Of a DNA stretch of 64,000 nt, positions 49,049-58,853 are shown piece after piece. The translations under genes were made by a program, and so were the position numbers. The DNA lies in the NCBI GenBank assembly GCA_003144275.1, contig NJBF01000021.1, forward strand, positions 2,556 to 66,555. The letters run 5' to 3'. How positions within the stretch are numbered: the stretch's first letter is position 1; each line of letters begins with the position of its first letter. The notes under the pieces were generated by a model that was not told where the DNA came from, searched no databases, and worked only from the letters and a program-made list of their open reading frames with translations. The stretch is from Candidatus Heimdallarchaeota archaeon B3_Heim (GTDB lineage Archaea > Asgardarchaeota > Heimdallarchaeia > Hodarchaeales > Hodarchaeaceae).

Positions 49049-50254
49049 TTATGCTAATGAGGAATTCTTGGATAAATTTTCTTTGTAGAACAGTATGCCA
49101 ATTAAGAGCCCGAATAATGAAATACTACCCGCAAGGAGAAAATTAAATCTAATAATACCAGAAAAATCTGCCATATAAGCCCCAATTAATGTTCCTAATG
49201 CCTGGCCACTATATGTAACTGCCGAATATAACCCCATAGCTAATCCTCTTGTACCTGTATATGTGTTTTCAGATATAGCGACTGGTACAACAACGAAAAA
49301 TGTACTATAGGCTGGAATGCTATATAAAGCCAACACAATGAAAGGATCAGTAGCAAAAATAAATGTTAAGGTAGGCAACACAAAGTAAATAATGAGACCA
49401 ATTAAAATGACTCGCTTTTTAGCAAAACCGGCAGAAATTAACCTACCAACCAGAAAAGAAGCTCCCATCCCGATTATCGTTGCTAGCGAATTCGCTACAG
49501 CGGCAAGATTTACAGGCTGATTAAGGTCTGACTCAATGAATATTGTGAAAAAACTTGTATATAATGCAACCGATGTTTGTGTAAATAGTACTAATAATAG
49601 GAGAACAGCAATAGGTTTCAAAGCTTTTATAATAGAAACGGATTCAACATTAGATAGATCAGTTGTCAATTTATTTGAATAATTCCTCGCTAATATTTTC
49701 TTTTCAGAATCTAATAGCAGAACACCACAAAAAGCGATAAGGGAAAATATTGCTGCGGTTAGGAATAATGGACGAAAGTCATGGGTTTCACTATCTAATA
49801 AAATAGATGCTAATAAAGATCCCAAGAAAAATCCTAGGCTTGCCCACATTGCAAGACGTCCAAAAACATTGCCTTGCTCAGATTGATTTGATTCTGTTCT
49901 GACTGATACATACCTATTATAAGCAGGGGCAAAAGCTGAAATCAGAACATTAAAACCAATATATGCAAGAAAGAAAATCCATGGAGTTGAAATATTGTAA
50001 TAGACAATAAAAGAGGATACTTGCATAAGAAGTGCGAAGAAAATCAAATTTTTTGATCCAATGATATCACTCAAACGGCCAAAAATAGCAGTAGAAAAAA
50101 TAAAGGCAATATAAGGAATACTAATAATAAAACCTGCTCCAAGAAAATCCCCTCCCGATATATTATAGAAATACCAGCTAATAAAGGGCGTACTTAAAGC
50201 AACAGGAAAATGATAGAGAAGATAAACTGTTTCAGTCTTACTTATGAGACCCAT
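49049..50254 (-). CDS. Major facilitator superfamily transporter
   Basis: At 401 aa with about 12 transmembrane helices and a GRLSD-like loop after the second helix. Confidence 0.7.
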   Translation of the reverse strand: MGLISKTETVYLLYHFPVALSTPFISWYFYNISGGDFLGAGFIISIPYIAFIFSTAIFGRLSDIIGSKNLIFFALLMQVSSFIVYYNISTPWIFFLAYIGFNVLISAFAPAYNRYVSVRTESNQSEQGNVFGRLAMWASLGFFLGSLLASILLDSETHDFRPLFLTAAIFSLIAFCGVLLLDSEKKILARNYSNKLTTDLSNVESVSIIKALKPIAVLLLLVLFTQTSVALYTSFFTIFIESDLNQPVNLAAVANSLATIIGMGASFLVGRLISAGFAKKRVILIGLIIYFVLPTLTFIFATDPFIVLALYSIPAYSTFFVVVPVAISENTYTGTRGLAMGLYSAVTYSGQALGTLIGAYMADFSGIIRFNFLLAGSISLFGLLIGILFYKENLSKNSSLA

Positions 50255-50461
50255 TCTAGAAAAACCAGTTTTGATTGCTTATTTACACTGTATAGAGGGA
50301 GGAAAAAAGAGAGTTTTTATGTCCGCTTATTCATTGTAAATATCATCATCCCCAATAACAAAAACAATCCCCTCTGATTCTCTAGTTCCCCTTTCAGAGA
50401 GCTTATAAAATCGAATTTTACCCTAGTATTCAAACCTCTTGAAAAATGAAGGTATATAATA

Positions 50462-50791
50462 ATGACATATTGTGAAACCTGTGGAAAAGAAAATACTGAT
50501 AACGCTAAATTTTGTAAGAGCTGTGGTGCTACCTTGCAACCCTCTGGTTCAGGAAGGCAATCCGCACAATATTCACCCAATAAGCAGTCAATAGGCTTTG
50601 GAGAGCAGCGTACTGGAGAAAATCTTGTTTTGCGATGCACTCTTTGTGGTAGTCAAGATTTCGTTAAGTATAAGGGGAGGTTAGATTTTAAATGGGGTTT
50701 TACGAGCTTTAAAGTTGTGATGATGAGCTGTCGGCACTGTGGGCATATAGAGCTCTTTAACCGCGGAAGAAGTATCTTCGATTTTGATTAG
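50462..50791 (+). CDS. Zinc-ribbon domain protein
   Basis: CETCGKEN...CKSCGA at the N-terminus, and a second CTLCGS...CRHCGH pair. Confidence 0.45.
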   Translation: MTYCETCGKENTDNAKFCKSCGATLQPSGSGRQSAQYSPNKQSIGFGEQRTGENLVLRCTLCGSQDFVKYKGRLDFKWGFTSFKVVMMSCRHCGHIELFNRGRSIFDFD

Positions 50792-50827
50792 GTCAATCAC
50801 TCTGGATTTTTTTATGAGCATCGTACA

Positions 50828-51283
50828 GTGACGAAAACTTCACCTGTTGGTTCCTTAACTGAGCCTAAACGTTTACCCGAGATTTTTATGAACCACAAAG
50901 TGAAATATCTCGCTACCGCAAATATTAGTTACCCCGTGGATTTTATGAATAAAATTTTAAGGGCAAAACAGACTAATGGCCCTTCTTATATACAGATTTC
51001 AACTCCTTGTGTCCCAGCGTGGGGAATTGAGTCAGCTCAGATGATTAGAATTGCTAAAAAAGCTGTAACAACTGGATATGATATTTTATATGAATTTATT
51101 GAGGATGAGGTTATTCTATCAAATCTCAGTAGACCTTATCTTGATAAATTAAAAAGAGATCCTCTAATTGAATATCTTAAACCCCAAAAGCGATTTTCAC
51201 AAATAATAGATAACCCTCAAGCACTAACTGAATTAGATGAGAAAATCGATAAGCACTGGGAGAGATTAAGTATTATTCGGTAG
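50828..51283 (+). CDS. Stand-alone ORF matching only the C-terminal third of a 2-oxoacid:ferredoxin oxidoreductase beta subunit (PorB/KorB-like). Possibly a gene remnant.
   Basis: YLATANISYPVDFMNKILRAKQTNGPSYIQISTPCVPAWGIESAQMIRIAKKAVTTGYDILYEF lines up with the PorB C-terminus (...SPCPTGW...LAVETG..PLYE...). The TPP-binding N-terminal roughly 200 aa are absent. No porA/porD/porG is nearby. Confidence 0.5.
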   Translation: MTKTSPVGSLTEPKRLPEIFMNHKVKYLATANISYPVDFMNKILRAKQTNGPSYIQISTPCVPAWGIESAQMIRIAKKAVTTGYDILYEFIEDEVILSNLSRPYLDKLKRDPLIEYLKPQKRFSQIIDNPQALTELDEKIDKHWERLSIIR

Positions 51284-51302
51284 TGTAAAACTAATGGAAA
51301 AT

Positions 51303-52268
51303 TTATTTCCACACTTTTCGGAAGACTCGTTCAAAATTCCCACCCATGATTCTTTGAATATCCTTTTTACTAAAGCCTTCTTTTTCAAGTAAAGGTTCTA
51401 AATTTTTCATTTTTCTGGCATCCTCCAACCCTAGAGGAGTTGTTGCAATACCATCAAAATCAGAGCCTAAACCAACATGCTCTGTTCCGATTAGATCTGT
51501 TATGTATTTGATATGTTTAATCACATCATCTATCGAAGTTTTTTCGGGAGTTGGAGATAGAAATTTCGGATAAAAATTCACTCCAACAACTCCATCTGCT
51601 GAAGCAATCATTTCTAATTGGTCATCAGTCAAATTTCTGGATATAGGACATACAGAATGAGCATTAGAGTGAGAATCAATGAAAGGGCCATCTGTAAATT
51701 GCATTACATCCATATACCCTTCGTAATTTAAATGTGCTACATCGATTAACATCCCCAGATTATTCATATCCTCTAATAGCTGAATCCCATCTTTAGATAA
51801 TCCCCGACCAGTTTTTTTCTCTGTAAAGCTGACTCCTTCTCCAAATAAGTTTTGTCTACTCCATGTAATACCTATATTCCTTACTCCTAATTCATGTATC
51901 AACGGTAATATTTTAAGGTTTCTTTCTACTGCTATGGCTCCTTCTATGCTTAGAACCATTCCTGTAGTAGAGTTTTTATTCTGAGAAACGTAATCAAGAT
52001 CTTTAGATGATTTAACTATGATAAAATTCTCATTTAATGCCTTTTCTTTTGCTATTTGAATCATCTCAAGTGTAACTTCAAGTCCAATTTTCTCAAGCTT
52101 CGGAGGAACAAACATTGCAAAAACCTGAACATTAACCTTTCCTTCTTCTAAAAACGCTTTTGTTATGTGCATTGGATCTTTCTCTTGAGATGAAAATCTC
52201 ATAAGTGATCCGAAATACAATTTCAGTAGGGTATCAGCATGGGCATCAATTACTAAATTCTCTGTCAT
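51303..52268 (-). CDS. Membrane dipeptidase, peptidase family M19
   Basis: VIDAHADTL at the N-terminus and VGLGSDFDG near the C-terminus. Confidence 0.8.
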   Translation of the reverse strand: MTENLVIDAHADTLLKLYFGSLMRFSSQEKDPMHITKAFLEEGKVNVQVFAMFVPPKLEKIGLEVTLEMIQIAKEKALNENFIIVKSSKDLDYVSQNKNSTTGMVLSIEGAIAVERNLKILPLIHELGVRNIGITWSRQNLFGEGVSFTEKKTGRGLSKDGIQLLEDMNNLGMLIDVAHLNYEGYMDVMQFTDGPFIDSHSNAHSVCPISRNLTDDQLEMIASADGVVGVNFYPKFLSPTPEKTSIDDVIKHIKYITDLIGTEHVGLGSDFDGIATTPLGLEDARKMKNLEPLLEKEGFSKKDIQRIMGGNFERVFRKVWK

Positions 52269-52272
52269 ATTT

Positions 52273-53052
52273 TCACATCAAAAAATCATCTAACTGTTTT
52301 GTTCTTACAACATTTGAAGGACGCTTAACTGTAGGGAAAATGTCTTGCCAAGGTATACTTACTGACGTTAGATTATGGATTTTTAGGTAAGAAAGAACTT
52401 TTTTTGGTATATGATTAGCTACCAGAATACCCCGAACCTTTTCCCCTTGGTTTAGGAAAAATTCGATATACCGATGTAATTGATACGCATCATTTAATGT
52501 AGCGGCTTGTTTCTTCACTTCAATCACTACATAGTTATTATTTGAATCTTGGGCGTATAAATCAATAAATCCAAAAGCGATTTCCTTTTCTCGCTCAATA
52601 ATGGTAAGATCTGGTTCAATGAGGTCAGGATGGAGAATTAACTGATTTACAAAAGCTTTCTCATCACCATAAGTATGACCGCCTTTCCGAACTTCATCAC
52701 TGATCTCAAGAAAGGCAGCGAATAATATAGTGTAAAAAGTGATGAAAAACGATTCGTCTGTTTTAGGCCGATAAGATTCCATAATTAGGGTCTTTTTCTC
52801 ACTATTGTGAGTGAAAACAATCTTGCCTGCTTTAGCTTTTTGCCACTGAACAGGACGGGTTCCGGTTGCATTATGAAGCAAAATACTTCCATCTTTCTTG
52901 ATTAGAAGAGTTCGATCTCCTTTTTCAAGTGTGGACTTAATACGACCATCAAAAATTGAGTCACAAATCCCCACAAGAATGATAGTATCTTTAGTAAGGT
53001 GAGAAGGAAGGATTTCAGCAAGCTTGGATAGTTCTTTTGGAAGTATATCCAA
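52273..53052 (-). CDS. nucS: Endonuclease NucS (EndoMS)
   Basis: At 259 aa. N-terminal dimerisation/DNA-binding half. C-terminal RecB-like nuclease with GFIDLYAQD...YVVIEVKK (D...E.K). Confidence 0.75.
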   Translation of the reverse strand: MDILPKELSKLAEILPSHLTKDTIILVGICDSIFDGRIKSTLEKGDRTLLIKKDGSILLHNATGTRPVQWQKAKAGKIVFTHNSEKKTLIMESYRPKTDESFFITFYTILFAAFLEISDEVRKGGHTYGDEKAFVNQLILHPDLIEPDLTIIEREKEIAFGFIDLYAQDSNNNYVVIEVKKQAATLNDAYQLHRYIEFFLNQGEKVRGILVANHIPKKVLSYLKIHNLTSVSIPWQDIFPTVKRPSNVVRTKQLDDFLM

Positions 53053-53095
53053 TTATAACCCTCAATGGTTTGTCTTCAGTAAAATTTAGCTAATA

Positions 53096-53554
53096 TTAGT
53101 CTAATTCTGCGAGTACGTCTTCAAGTAGACTTTTTGAGATATTTTCTTCTACTGTTTGAGCAATTCGCAGTAGATTGATCTGATCACTTATTTCTGTGGT
53201 ATAGCGATTAATTCCCTTTTTCACCTTCTGAACATTGGCATTCTGGGAAATAACTCCAACTAAAATGCAATCTTCGCTGATCGATTGTAAAATAAGTTTG
53301 CCAACACTAAACTCAGAAAAAACAAAGTCCAGAGGTCCTAATTGTACTTCATTTCCTTGTTGTCTCATTCCAATGAATAGTGCCATGGATAGAGCACCAA
53401 TTCCTTCTAATTCTAGTATTGAAGATGATCTCGTTACATTAGCTAACGTAAGCCCAGTTGAATCTGTAAGCATCGCATGTTGGAGTCCAGGAGTATTTTT
53501 AATGATTTTAACAAGAATATTGTGAATACTAAGTGAGATATCCATGAATTTCAC
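53096..53554 (-). CDS. Roadblock/LC7 (MglB-like) domain protein
   Basis: At 152 aa with a Roadblock-like alpha-beta pattern (GLQHAMLTDSTGLTLA...EGIGALSMALF...LILQSISEDCILVGV). Confidence 0.65.
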   Translation of the reverse strand: MKFMDISLSIHNILVKIIKNTPGLQHAMLTDSTGLTLANVTRSSSILELEGIGALSMALFIGMRQQGNEVQLGPLDFVFSEFSVGKLILQSISEDCILVGVISQNANVQKVKKGINRYTTEISDQINLLRIAQTVEENISKSLLEDVLAELD

Positions 53555-53803
53555 CTGAAGGGTTTATTAGATGTCAAGAAGTACAATAAAAGATATTAGA
53601 AATTTCCTTATTAAATATTTGCCCATTTTTTACTCCCATAGAAGAAGAAGGAATTACTTCTCATGAAAATTTTCTGTCAAGATTTTACACCATGAAAAAT
53701 TCTTCCTGTTGAGATAAACTAGTATTCCATCAAAGAGGGAATACTGCCATATTTCTGGGTGAGATTTTTATTAATTTCGTAGCAAATCTCTTTTCTGATT
53801 AAA

Positions 53804-55648
53804 ATGTCCAATGGGTTTCATAATCGAATGGTTCGGATCAATCTTTCCACAAATCAAATAAAAACGGAAACTTTGCCAGTAAATGCCGTTAAGAATTTTA
53901 TGGGTGGGAAAGGGCTAGGTGCATTCATTTTAACAAACGAGCTTGATTCAGGAATTGATCCTCTAGGACCTGAAAATAAAATAATCGTTACCACGGGTCC
54001 ACTCCAAGGATCAGTTGTACCTATTTGTGGACGTTATTGCATAGTGACAAAATCTCCTCTTACTGGATTATTTTTAGATTCTCATGCTGGAGGATATATT
54101 GGTCCTGAGTTAAAATTTGCCGGTTGGGATGCAATTGTCATTGAAGGAGTAGCAAAGTCACCTTGTTTTCTCTCAATTATCGATGATGATATTCAACTCA
54201 AAGATGGGGAACATCTCAAAGGTTTAACAACTCTAGATAAAGAATTTGCCCTCAAAGAAGAGCTAGGAGAATCCAGGGCGAGAATAATGTCAATTGGGCC
54301 TGCAGGGGAAAATCTCGTTAAGTTTGCATGCGTTACAAGTGATAGTTTTAGAAATATTGGTCGAGGTGGGGTAGGAGCTGTGTTTGGCAGTAAAAACTTA
54401 CTTGCTATTGCAATAAAAGGATCCAACAAAAATCTACCAGTTGCTAACGAAGAAAAATTAAAGCAATTAGCGAAGAATCTTCGTGAAAGAGCAGCAAAAG
54501 GAAGAGAGGTCGATCATTGGATTTATCAGGTTGGTACTCCTGCGTTGGTGAATTTTGCATCTCAAGGTGACCAGATACCCGTCAGAAATTTCCAGTTCGG
54601 GACTGTAGAGAATCCTGAAGAATTTGGACGAGAAGCCGTAGAAGCTCATAAAACTAGAAAAATCCCTTGTTATAAGTGTGTAATACAATGTGCTCATGTA
54701 TTTAGTGATGATTATTCCTTTAAAGATCATAAATATCATATTGCTGCAGTTCCTGAGTACGAAACGTTAGGTTTGATTGGTACAAACTGTGATGTAAAAT
54801 TTGAAACCGTTGTTGAAGCAAACTATCTCCTAAATAAGCTTGGTCTTGATTCAATAAGTGCAGGGAGTGTTTGTGCTTTTTTCATGGAATGTTCGGAAAA
54901 AGGACTAGTACCAACCGAATATACAGAAGAAAAGATCATGTTTGGTGATGAAAAGGGACTTCTGTCATTAATCCATAAGATTGCGTATCGTGAGGGTGTA
55001 GGTGAGCTATTAGCTGAAGGAACCAGGAAAACTGCAGAAGTATTCGGCCATGATTCCCATAAATTTGCTATAAATGTCAAAGGATTAGATATGGCTGCGT
55101 GGGATCCAAGAGGAAAGTTAGCTTTGGGTTTGAGTTACGCTACGGCAGCTGTAGGTGCTTCCCACCTACGTGGATGGCCTTCAACGTCCAAATTACCCAA
55201 AGATGAAGAAGTTTCACCTGAGATAGTCCGAACGCTGATTGAGAGTACTGACCTAAAGCTAGTTAAGGATTCACTTATTATCTGCCACTTTACTCATTCC
55301 ATTATACCTGCACTTGATATTAAAGATACTCAAGCACTTTATGAGGCTGTTACTGGCTCTTCTACTAATGTTGTAGAGATTGCACAAAATATTTGGAGTT
55401 TAACGCGGTATTTCAACATGCGTGAGTTTATGATTCATAAAAATCCCGCAGGTGTTTATGATACACTCCCCCACCGAATTTTAAATGAACCCCTTCCAAC
55501 AGGAAGTGCTGCAGGATCAAAAGCGTTCATTTCGAAAGAAGATTTCCAGCAAGGATTAAAATATTTATATGATATGAGACGTTGTAAAGATGATGGGGAT
55601 CTCACTGATATTGAAGTTACGAGAATCAAGAATCTTGTTGGAATTTAA
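53804..55648 (+). CDS. Tungsten-containing aldehyde:ferredoxin oxidoreductase (AOR family)
   Basis: N-terminal RINLSTNQIKTE (AOR_N), a [4Fe-4S]/pterin-binding Cys region (CYKCVIQCAH), and a length of about 610 aa. Confidence 0.85.
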   Translation: MSNGFHNRMVRINLSTNQIKTETLPVNAVKNFMGGKGLGAFILTNELDSGIDPLGPENKIIVTTGPLQGSVVPICGRYCIVTKSPLTGLFLDSHAGGYIGPELKFAGWDAIVIEGVAKSPCFLSIIDDDIQLKDGEHLKGLTTLDKEFALKEELGESRARIMSIGPAGENLVKFACVTSDSFRNIGRGGVGAVFGSKNLLAIAIKGSNKNLPVANEEKLKQLAKNLRERAAKGREVDHWIYQVGTPALVNFASQGDQIPVRNFQFGTVENPEEFGREAVEAHKTRKIPCYKCVIQCAHVFSDDYSFKDHKYHIAAVPEYETLGLIGTNCDVKFETVVEANYLLNKLGLDSISAGSVCAFFMECSEKGLVPTEYTEEKIMFGDEKGLLSLIHKIAYREGVGELLAEGTRKTAEVFGHDSHKFAINVKGLDMAAWDPRGKLALGLSYATAAVGASHLRGWPSTSKLPKDEEVSPEIVRTLIESTDLKLVKDSLIICHFTHSIIPALDIKDTQALYEAVTGSSTNVVEIAQNIWSLTRYFNMREFMIHKNPAGVYDTLPHRILNEPLPTGSAAGSKAFISKEDFQQGLKYLYDMRRCKDDGDLTDIEVTRIKNLVGI

Positions 55649-55650
55649 TT

Positions 55651-58053
55651 TTGATATTCGAACAATCCAATTTGAGTGATGTAGAAAGAAATTTCCTTGA
55701 TAATGGTCTAAGCTTGATATCTGATAGTGCTGATCAGGATGAACCCATATTAGAAAAAATGATTGCATATATTATCTCATTGACCCTTCTTGCAGAAGCG
55801 AAATCTTCAGAATCCTCCATTTTTGACAATATTCAAAAATTACCTTCAGTAATATGCACAGTAGATCTCCTTGATCGAATTTTTGAATTTTCTGAGTTTA
55901 CTAGGAGACGTGGTGACATAACAAAGAAACTTATGCAGTTTATTAAAGCAGAGAAACATATCAATGCGATAAAAATCGATAAAGAGAAACTCCTTCATCT
56001 CCACAATCTGGTTCCTTTTAGTCGTCATGACTGTTCATTTAATTTAAATCTCGGATCTCGCTTGTTATCTCTGGTAGTTGAGAATTTATCAGTCTCTTCT
56101 TGGATGAAGAAAAAGAGAGGGACATATTACACACTTCCCACTGATGCAGATTTAATTTCTCTGTTGTCTAGCTACAGATTTTTACAACAATTAGCTCGAA
56201 AAACGACAGATGAAGATCTTTTAAGTTTATTAATATCAAAAACCGCTAAAAAGTCGAATTTATTCATACATTCAGGTTTTCCTTCTGAAATAACCATTCT
56301 TGATCCTACATGTGGTTCAGGAACCTTTTTAGTACAAATTGCACAACTTTTGGGGGAATTAGGGATTAAAACTGGTAGAAGTTTGAAAATATCATTGTGG
56401 GGAATGGATCTTGATCCAATCGCAATAATGGTTACTCAATTGCGATTATTTTTCCTAGAGTTTCTCTTTGACGCGAAACTTGGGTCACATTCAATTCAAA
56501 TTACTACTTCTTTGTCATGTGGAGATTTTTTAACTGAAAAATTTGATCAGAAATTTGACTTGATAGTTGGCAATCCCCCCTATGTACGACATGAGGACAT
56601 TGGAATAAAAAATTCCCCAGATTATAAAAAATCTCTTCAGCAAAAGTTTTCAGACTTTTTGGAGCCCAACATCAGACTAGATCGTAAAAGCGATTATCTG
56701 ATATATTTTTGCTTAAAAAGTATAAGTCTCTTGAGTTCTAAAGGAGTCTTAGCCTTTTTAACTTCAAATGCTTGGCTTGAAGTGAAGTATGGAAAAACCT
56801 TGCAAGATCAATTAATAGCTTTATTGGCGGTAAATAAGTTATCGACTTGTGAAATCATACATCAAGCAGGTTCAAGATTTTGGAAACAACTAGGTATAAA
56901 TTCAGTCATCTTTCTAGCTTCGAAGAAGGTTAAGAAAGGTGTCTTAAGCAATAGAATATTTTTTACTGAGTCAGTAAAAACATTAAACCAAGTTCCAATA
57001 GCTTCTTTAAAGAATGGGGTCATATTTTGTAGGGAATATTCTTCTGAGAATTATCGAACTGAAGCTATTTCAATAGCAGAATTGAAATCTACACATAAAT
57101 GGGCAGGTACTTTCTTAAGAGCATCTAAAGAAGAGCGAGGGATTTTACAAAAAATTGACGCACAAGGATCCCCTCTCTCAAGGCTAGCGAATGTACAATT
57201 TGGGATTAAGACAGGTGCAAATGATTTCTTTCATGTATCAGTGGAAAAATTAAATGAGAAGAAAAGTTCAGTAGAAATAAAAAGTAGATCTAATTTTAGA
57301 GGGAGGATAGAGTCTGAATTTCTTTTCCCTTTGGTTAAAAGTCCCGCTGAATGCAAAGGTTATGTAATTCCACCCAAATTTACCCCTAAAGTCTGGCTAT
57401 TCAACTGTCAAAAGCCATTGGACCAATTAAAGCGTACAGGTGCTCTGACGTATATACAATGGGGTGAGAGCAATCAAGTACCAATTAAACAAGGAAGAAG
57501 AATGGGTTCAACCGTAAAAGGGTTTCACTTATTGAGAAGTTTAAGTCAAAGAGATCCGTGGTATGCCTTACCTACCTTTTCGATTCCTGATCTGGTATGG
57601 ATCAAAAGTTATCATGATAAACCAGGGTGTTTATTAAATCGAGCAAAATTTTTACCAGATCAGCGGTTTTATGGTATAACTGTAAATGATTCTAAGGATA
57701 TTCCAGTTATTTTTGCTTATCTCAACAGTAGTTTTGTCTGGGCCCAGATGGAGCAAGCTGGAAATACAAATATGGGTTTTGGAGTATTAGATACTAATGT
57801 ATACTGGTTGAAGTCAGTGAGAATTCCAACGAACCTGACATTGAAACAAAACCAAGATTTAACATCTCTTTATAACGATTTAATAAATGAAACATCTAGA
57901 ACATCGATCACCACGGTTTCTTATTTACGTGAGCAGATCGATAAGTTTTTTGCTATGTTATTAGGTATATCCGATGAAGAACTTAGCATCATATTCCAGT
58001 TTATCCAGAGAAGTGTGGATAATCGTCTCAAAGGGAATACGAAAGATAATTAA
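55651..58053 (+). CDS. N6-adenine DNA methyltransferase, gamma-class (Eco57I/TaqI-like), 800 aa with long N- and C-terminal extensions
   Basis: Motif I ILDPTCGSGTFLVQ and motif IV IVGNPPYV in the gamma order, with a roughly 480-aa C-terminal region (a candidate target recognition domain). TTG start 2 nt after the AOR stop. Confidence 0.75.
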   Translation: MIFEQSNLSDVERNFLDNGLSLISDSADQDEPILEKMIAYIISLTLLAEAKSSESSIFDNIQKLPSVICTVDLLDRIFEFSEFTRRRGDITKKLMQFIKAEKHINAIKIDKEKLLHLHNLVPFSRHDCSFNLNLGSRLLSLVVENLSVSSWMKKKRGTYYTLPTDADLISLLSSYRFLQQLARKTTDEDLLSLLISKTAKKSNLFIHSGFPSEITILDPTCGSGTFLVQIAQLLGELGIKTGRSLKISLWGMDLDPIAIMVTQLRLFFLEFLFDAKLGSHSIQITTSLSCGDFLTEKFDQKFDLIVGNPPYVRHEDIGIKNSPDYKKSLQQKFSDFLEPNIRLDRKSDYLIYFCLKSISLLSSKGVLAFLTSNAWLEVKYGKTLQDQLIALLAVNKLSTCEIIHQAGSRFWKQLGINSVIFLASKKVKKGVLSNRIFFTESVKTLNQVPIASLKNGVIFCREYSSENYRTEAISIAELKSTHKWAGTFLRASKEERGILQKIDAQGSPLSRLANVQFGIKTGANDFFHVSVEKLNEKKSSVEIKSRSNFRGRIESEFLFPLVKSPAECKGYVIPPKFTPKVWLFNCQKPLDQLKRTGALTYIQWGESNQVPIKQGRRMGSTVKGFHLLRSLSQRDPWYALPTFSIPDLVWIKSYHDKPGCLLNRAKFLPDQRFYGITVNDSKDIPVIFAYLNSSFVWAQMEQAGNTNMGFGVLDTNVYWLKSVRIPTNLTLKQNQDLTSLYNDLINETSRTSITTVSYLREQIDKFFAMLLGISDEELSIIFQFIQRSVDNRLKGNTKDN

Positions 58054-58100
58054 AGATTCATCTCAGGTTGTTTCATGCTAAGTAAGGGTGTACTCTACTC

Positions 58101-58769
58101 GTGACTGTCACTACATTATCCTTTAGAGAAGTTATTGATCAGCTTGTTCGACAACAGTTCTTTATTGAACCAAATATCATCACTGATCGAACTTATTCAC
58201 TGCAGTTTGAGGTGGAAGGGTCAGAACAAATACTGAACTATTTTGCTAATTTTCTGTTTGACCATAGTAAAGATCTTTTCGGTACCGATCCTTCTCAATA
58301 TTTAGCAGTGTTGAATCGCACCGGTAAGAAATTATCAATAAATCCCTTGGACAAACTCAAAACACGGTTCAATGAAAAAATTGGCAGTTTCATTGAAGGG
58401 GGTCGAGGAACAGAAACAGAATCAGAAACAGAGACAATTCTATTCATCGCAACTATCTCTTCAATTCTGGAAGTACTCGATCATTGTCATTATCAAACTT
58501 TGCTCAAAGAGTTATCTTCTCTCTATTATCACCAATGCGTTAGTAATTCCACCACTCAAGAGTATGACGACCAAGCTAAGAATCTGGATGATGGGATAAA
58601 GCGCTTAAGCGAAGCGGCCGAGCCTAAACTCTCACTTATTCAAAATGTTATCAAATTAAAGAGCTTAGCGTCAATTTTTGATATCACAGACCTTATCTCC
58701 TATGACAAACGTCAACTTATGGATATCCAATCGGATATCATAAGGAAAGTTATTACCGGAAGTTATTGA
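58101..58769 (+). CDS. Hypothetical two-domain protein joined by a TETESETET linker
   Basis: At 222 aa with no recognisable motifs. It lies 47 nt downstream of the methyltransferase on the same strand. Confidence 0.4.
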   Translation: MTVTTLSFREVIDQLVRQQFFIEPNIITDRTYSLQFEVEGSEQILNYFANFLFDHSKDLFGTDPSQYLAVLNRTGKKLSINPLDKLKTRFNEKIGSFIEGGRGTETESETETILFIATISSILEVLDHCHYQTLLKELSSLYYHQCVSNSTTQEYDDQAKNLDDGIKRLSEAAEPKLSLIQNVIKLKSLASIFDITDLISYDKRQLMDIQSDIIRKVITGSY

Positions 58770-58853
58770 CCTCTTACATTTTTCAAAAAAAGTTAAAAAC
58801 TTGATTATTGTACTTATAGTAAGTTTATATATAACTATTCAAGGGTTTTAAAC

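Noticed and set aside
50317-50640. 107-aa minus-strand ORF overlapping the zinc-ribbon gene.
   Set aside because: It is antisense to a plausible zinc-ribbon protein (CxxC pairs at both ends). I considered the region ambiguous but favoured the plus-strand zinc-ribbon ORF because of its motif content.
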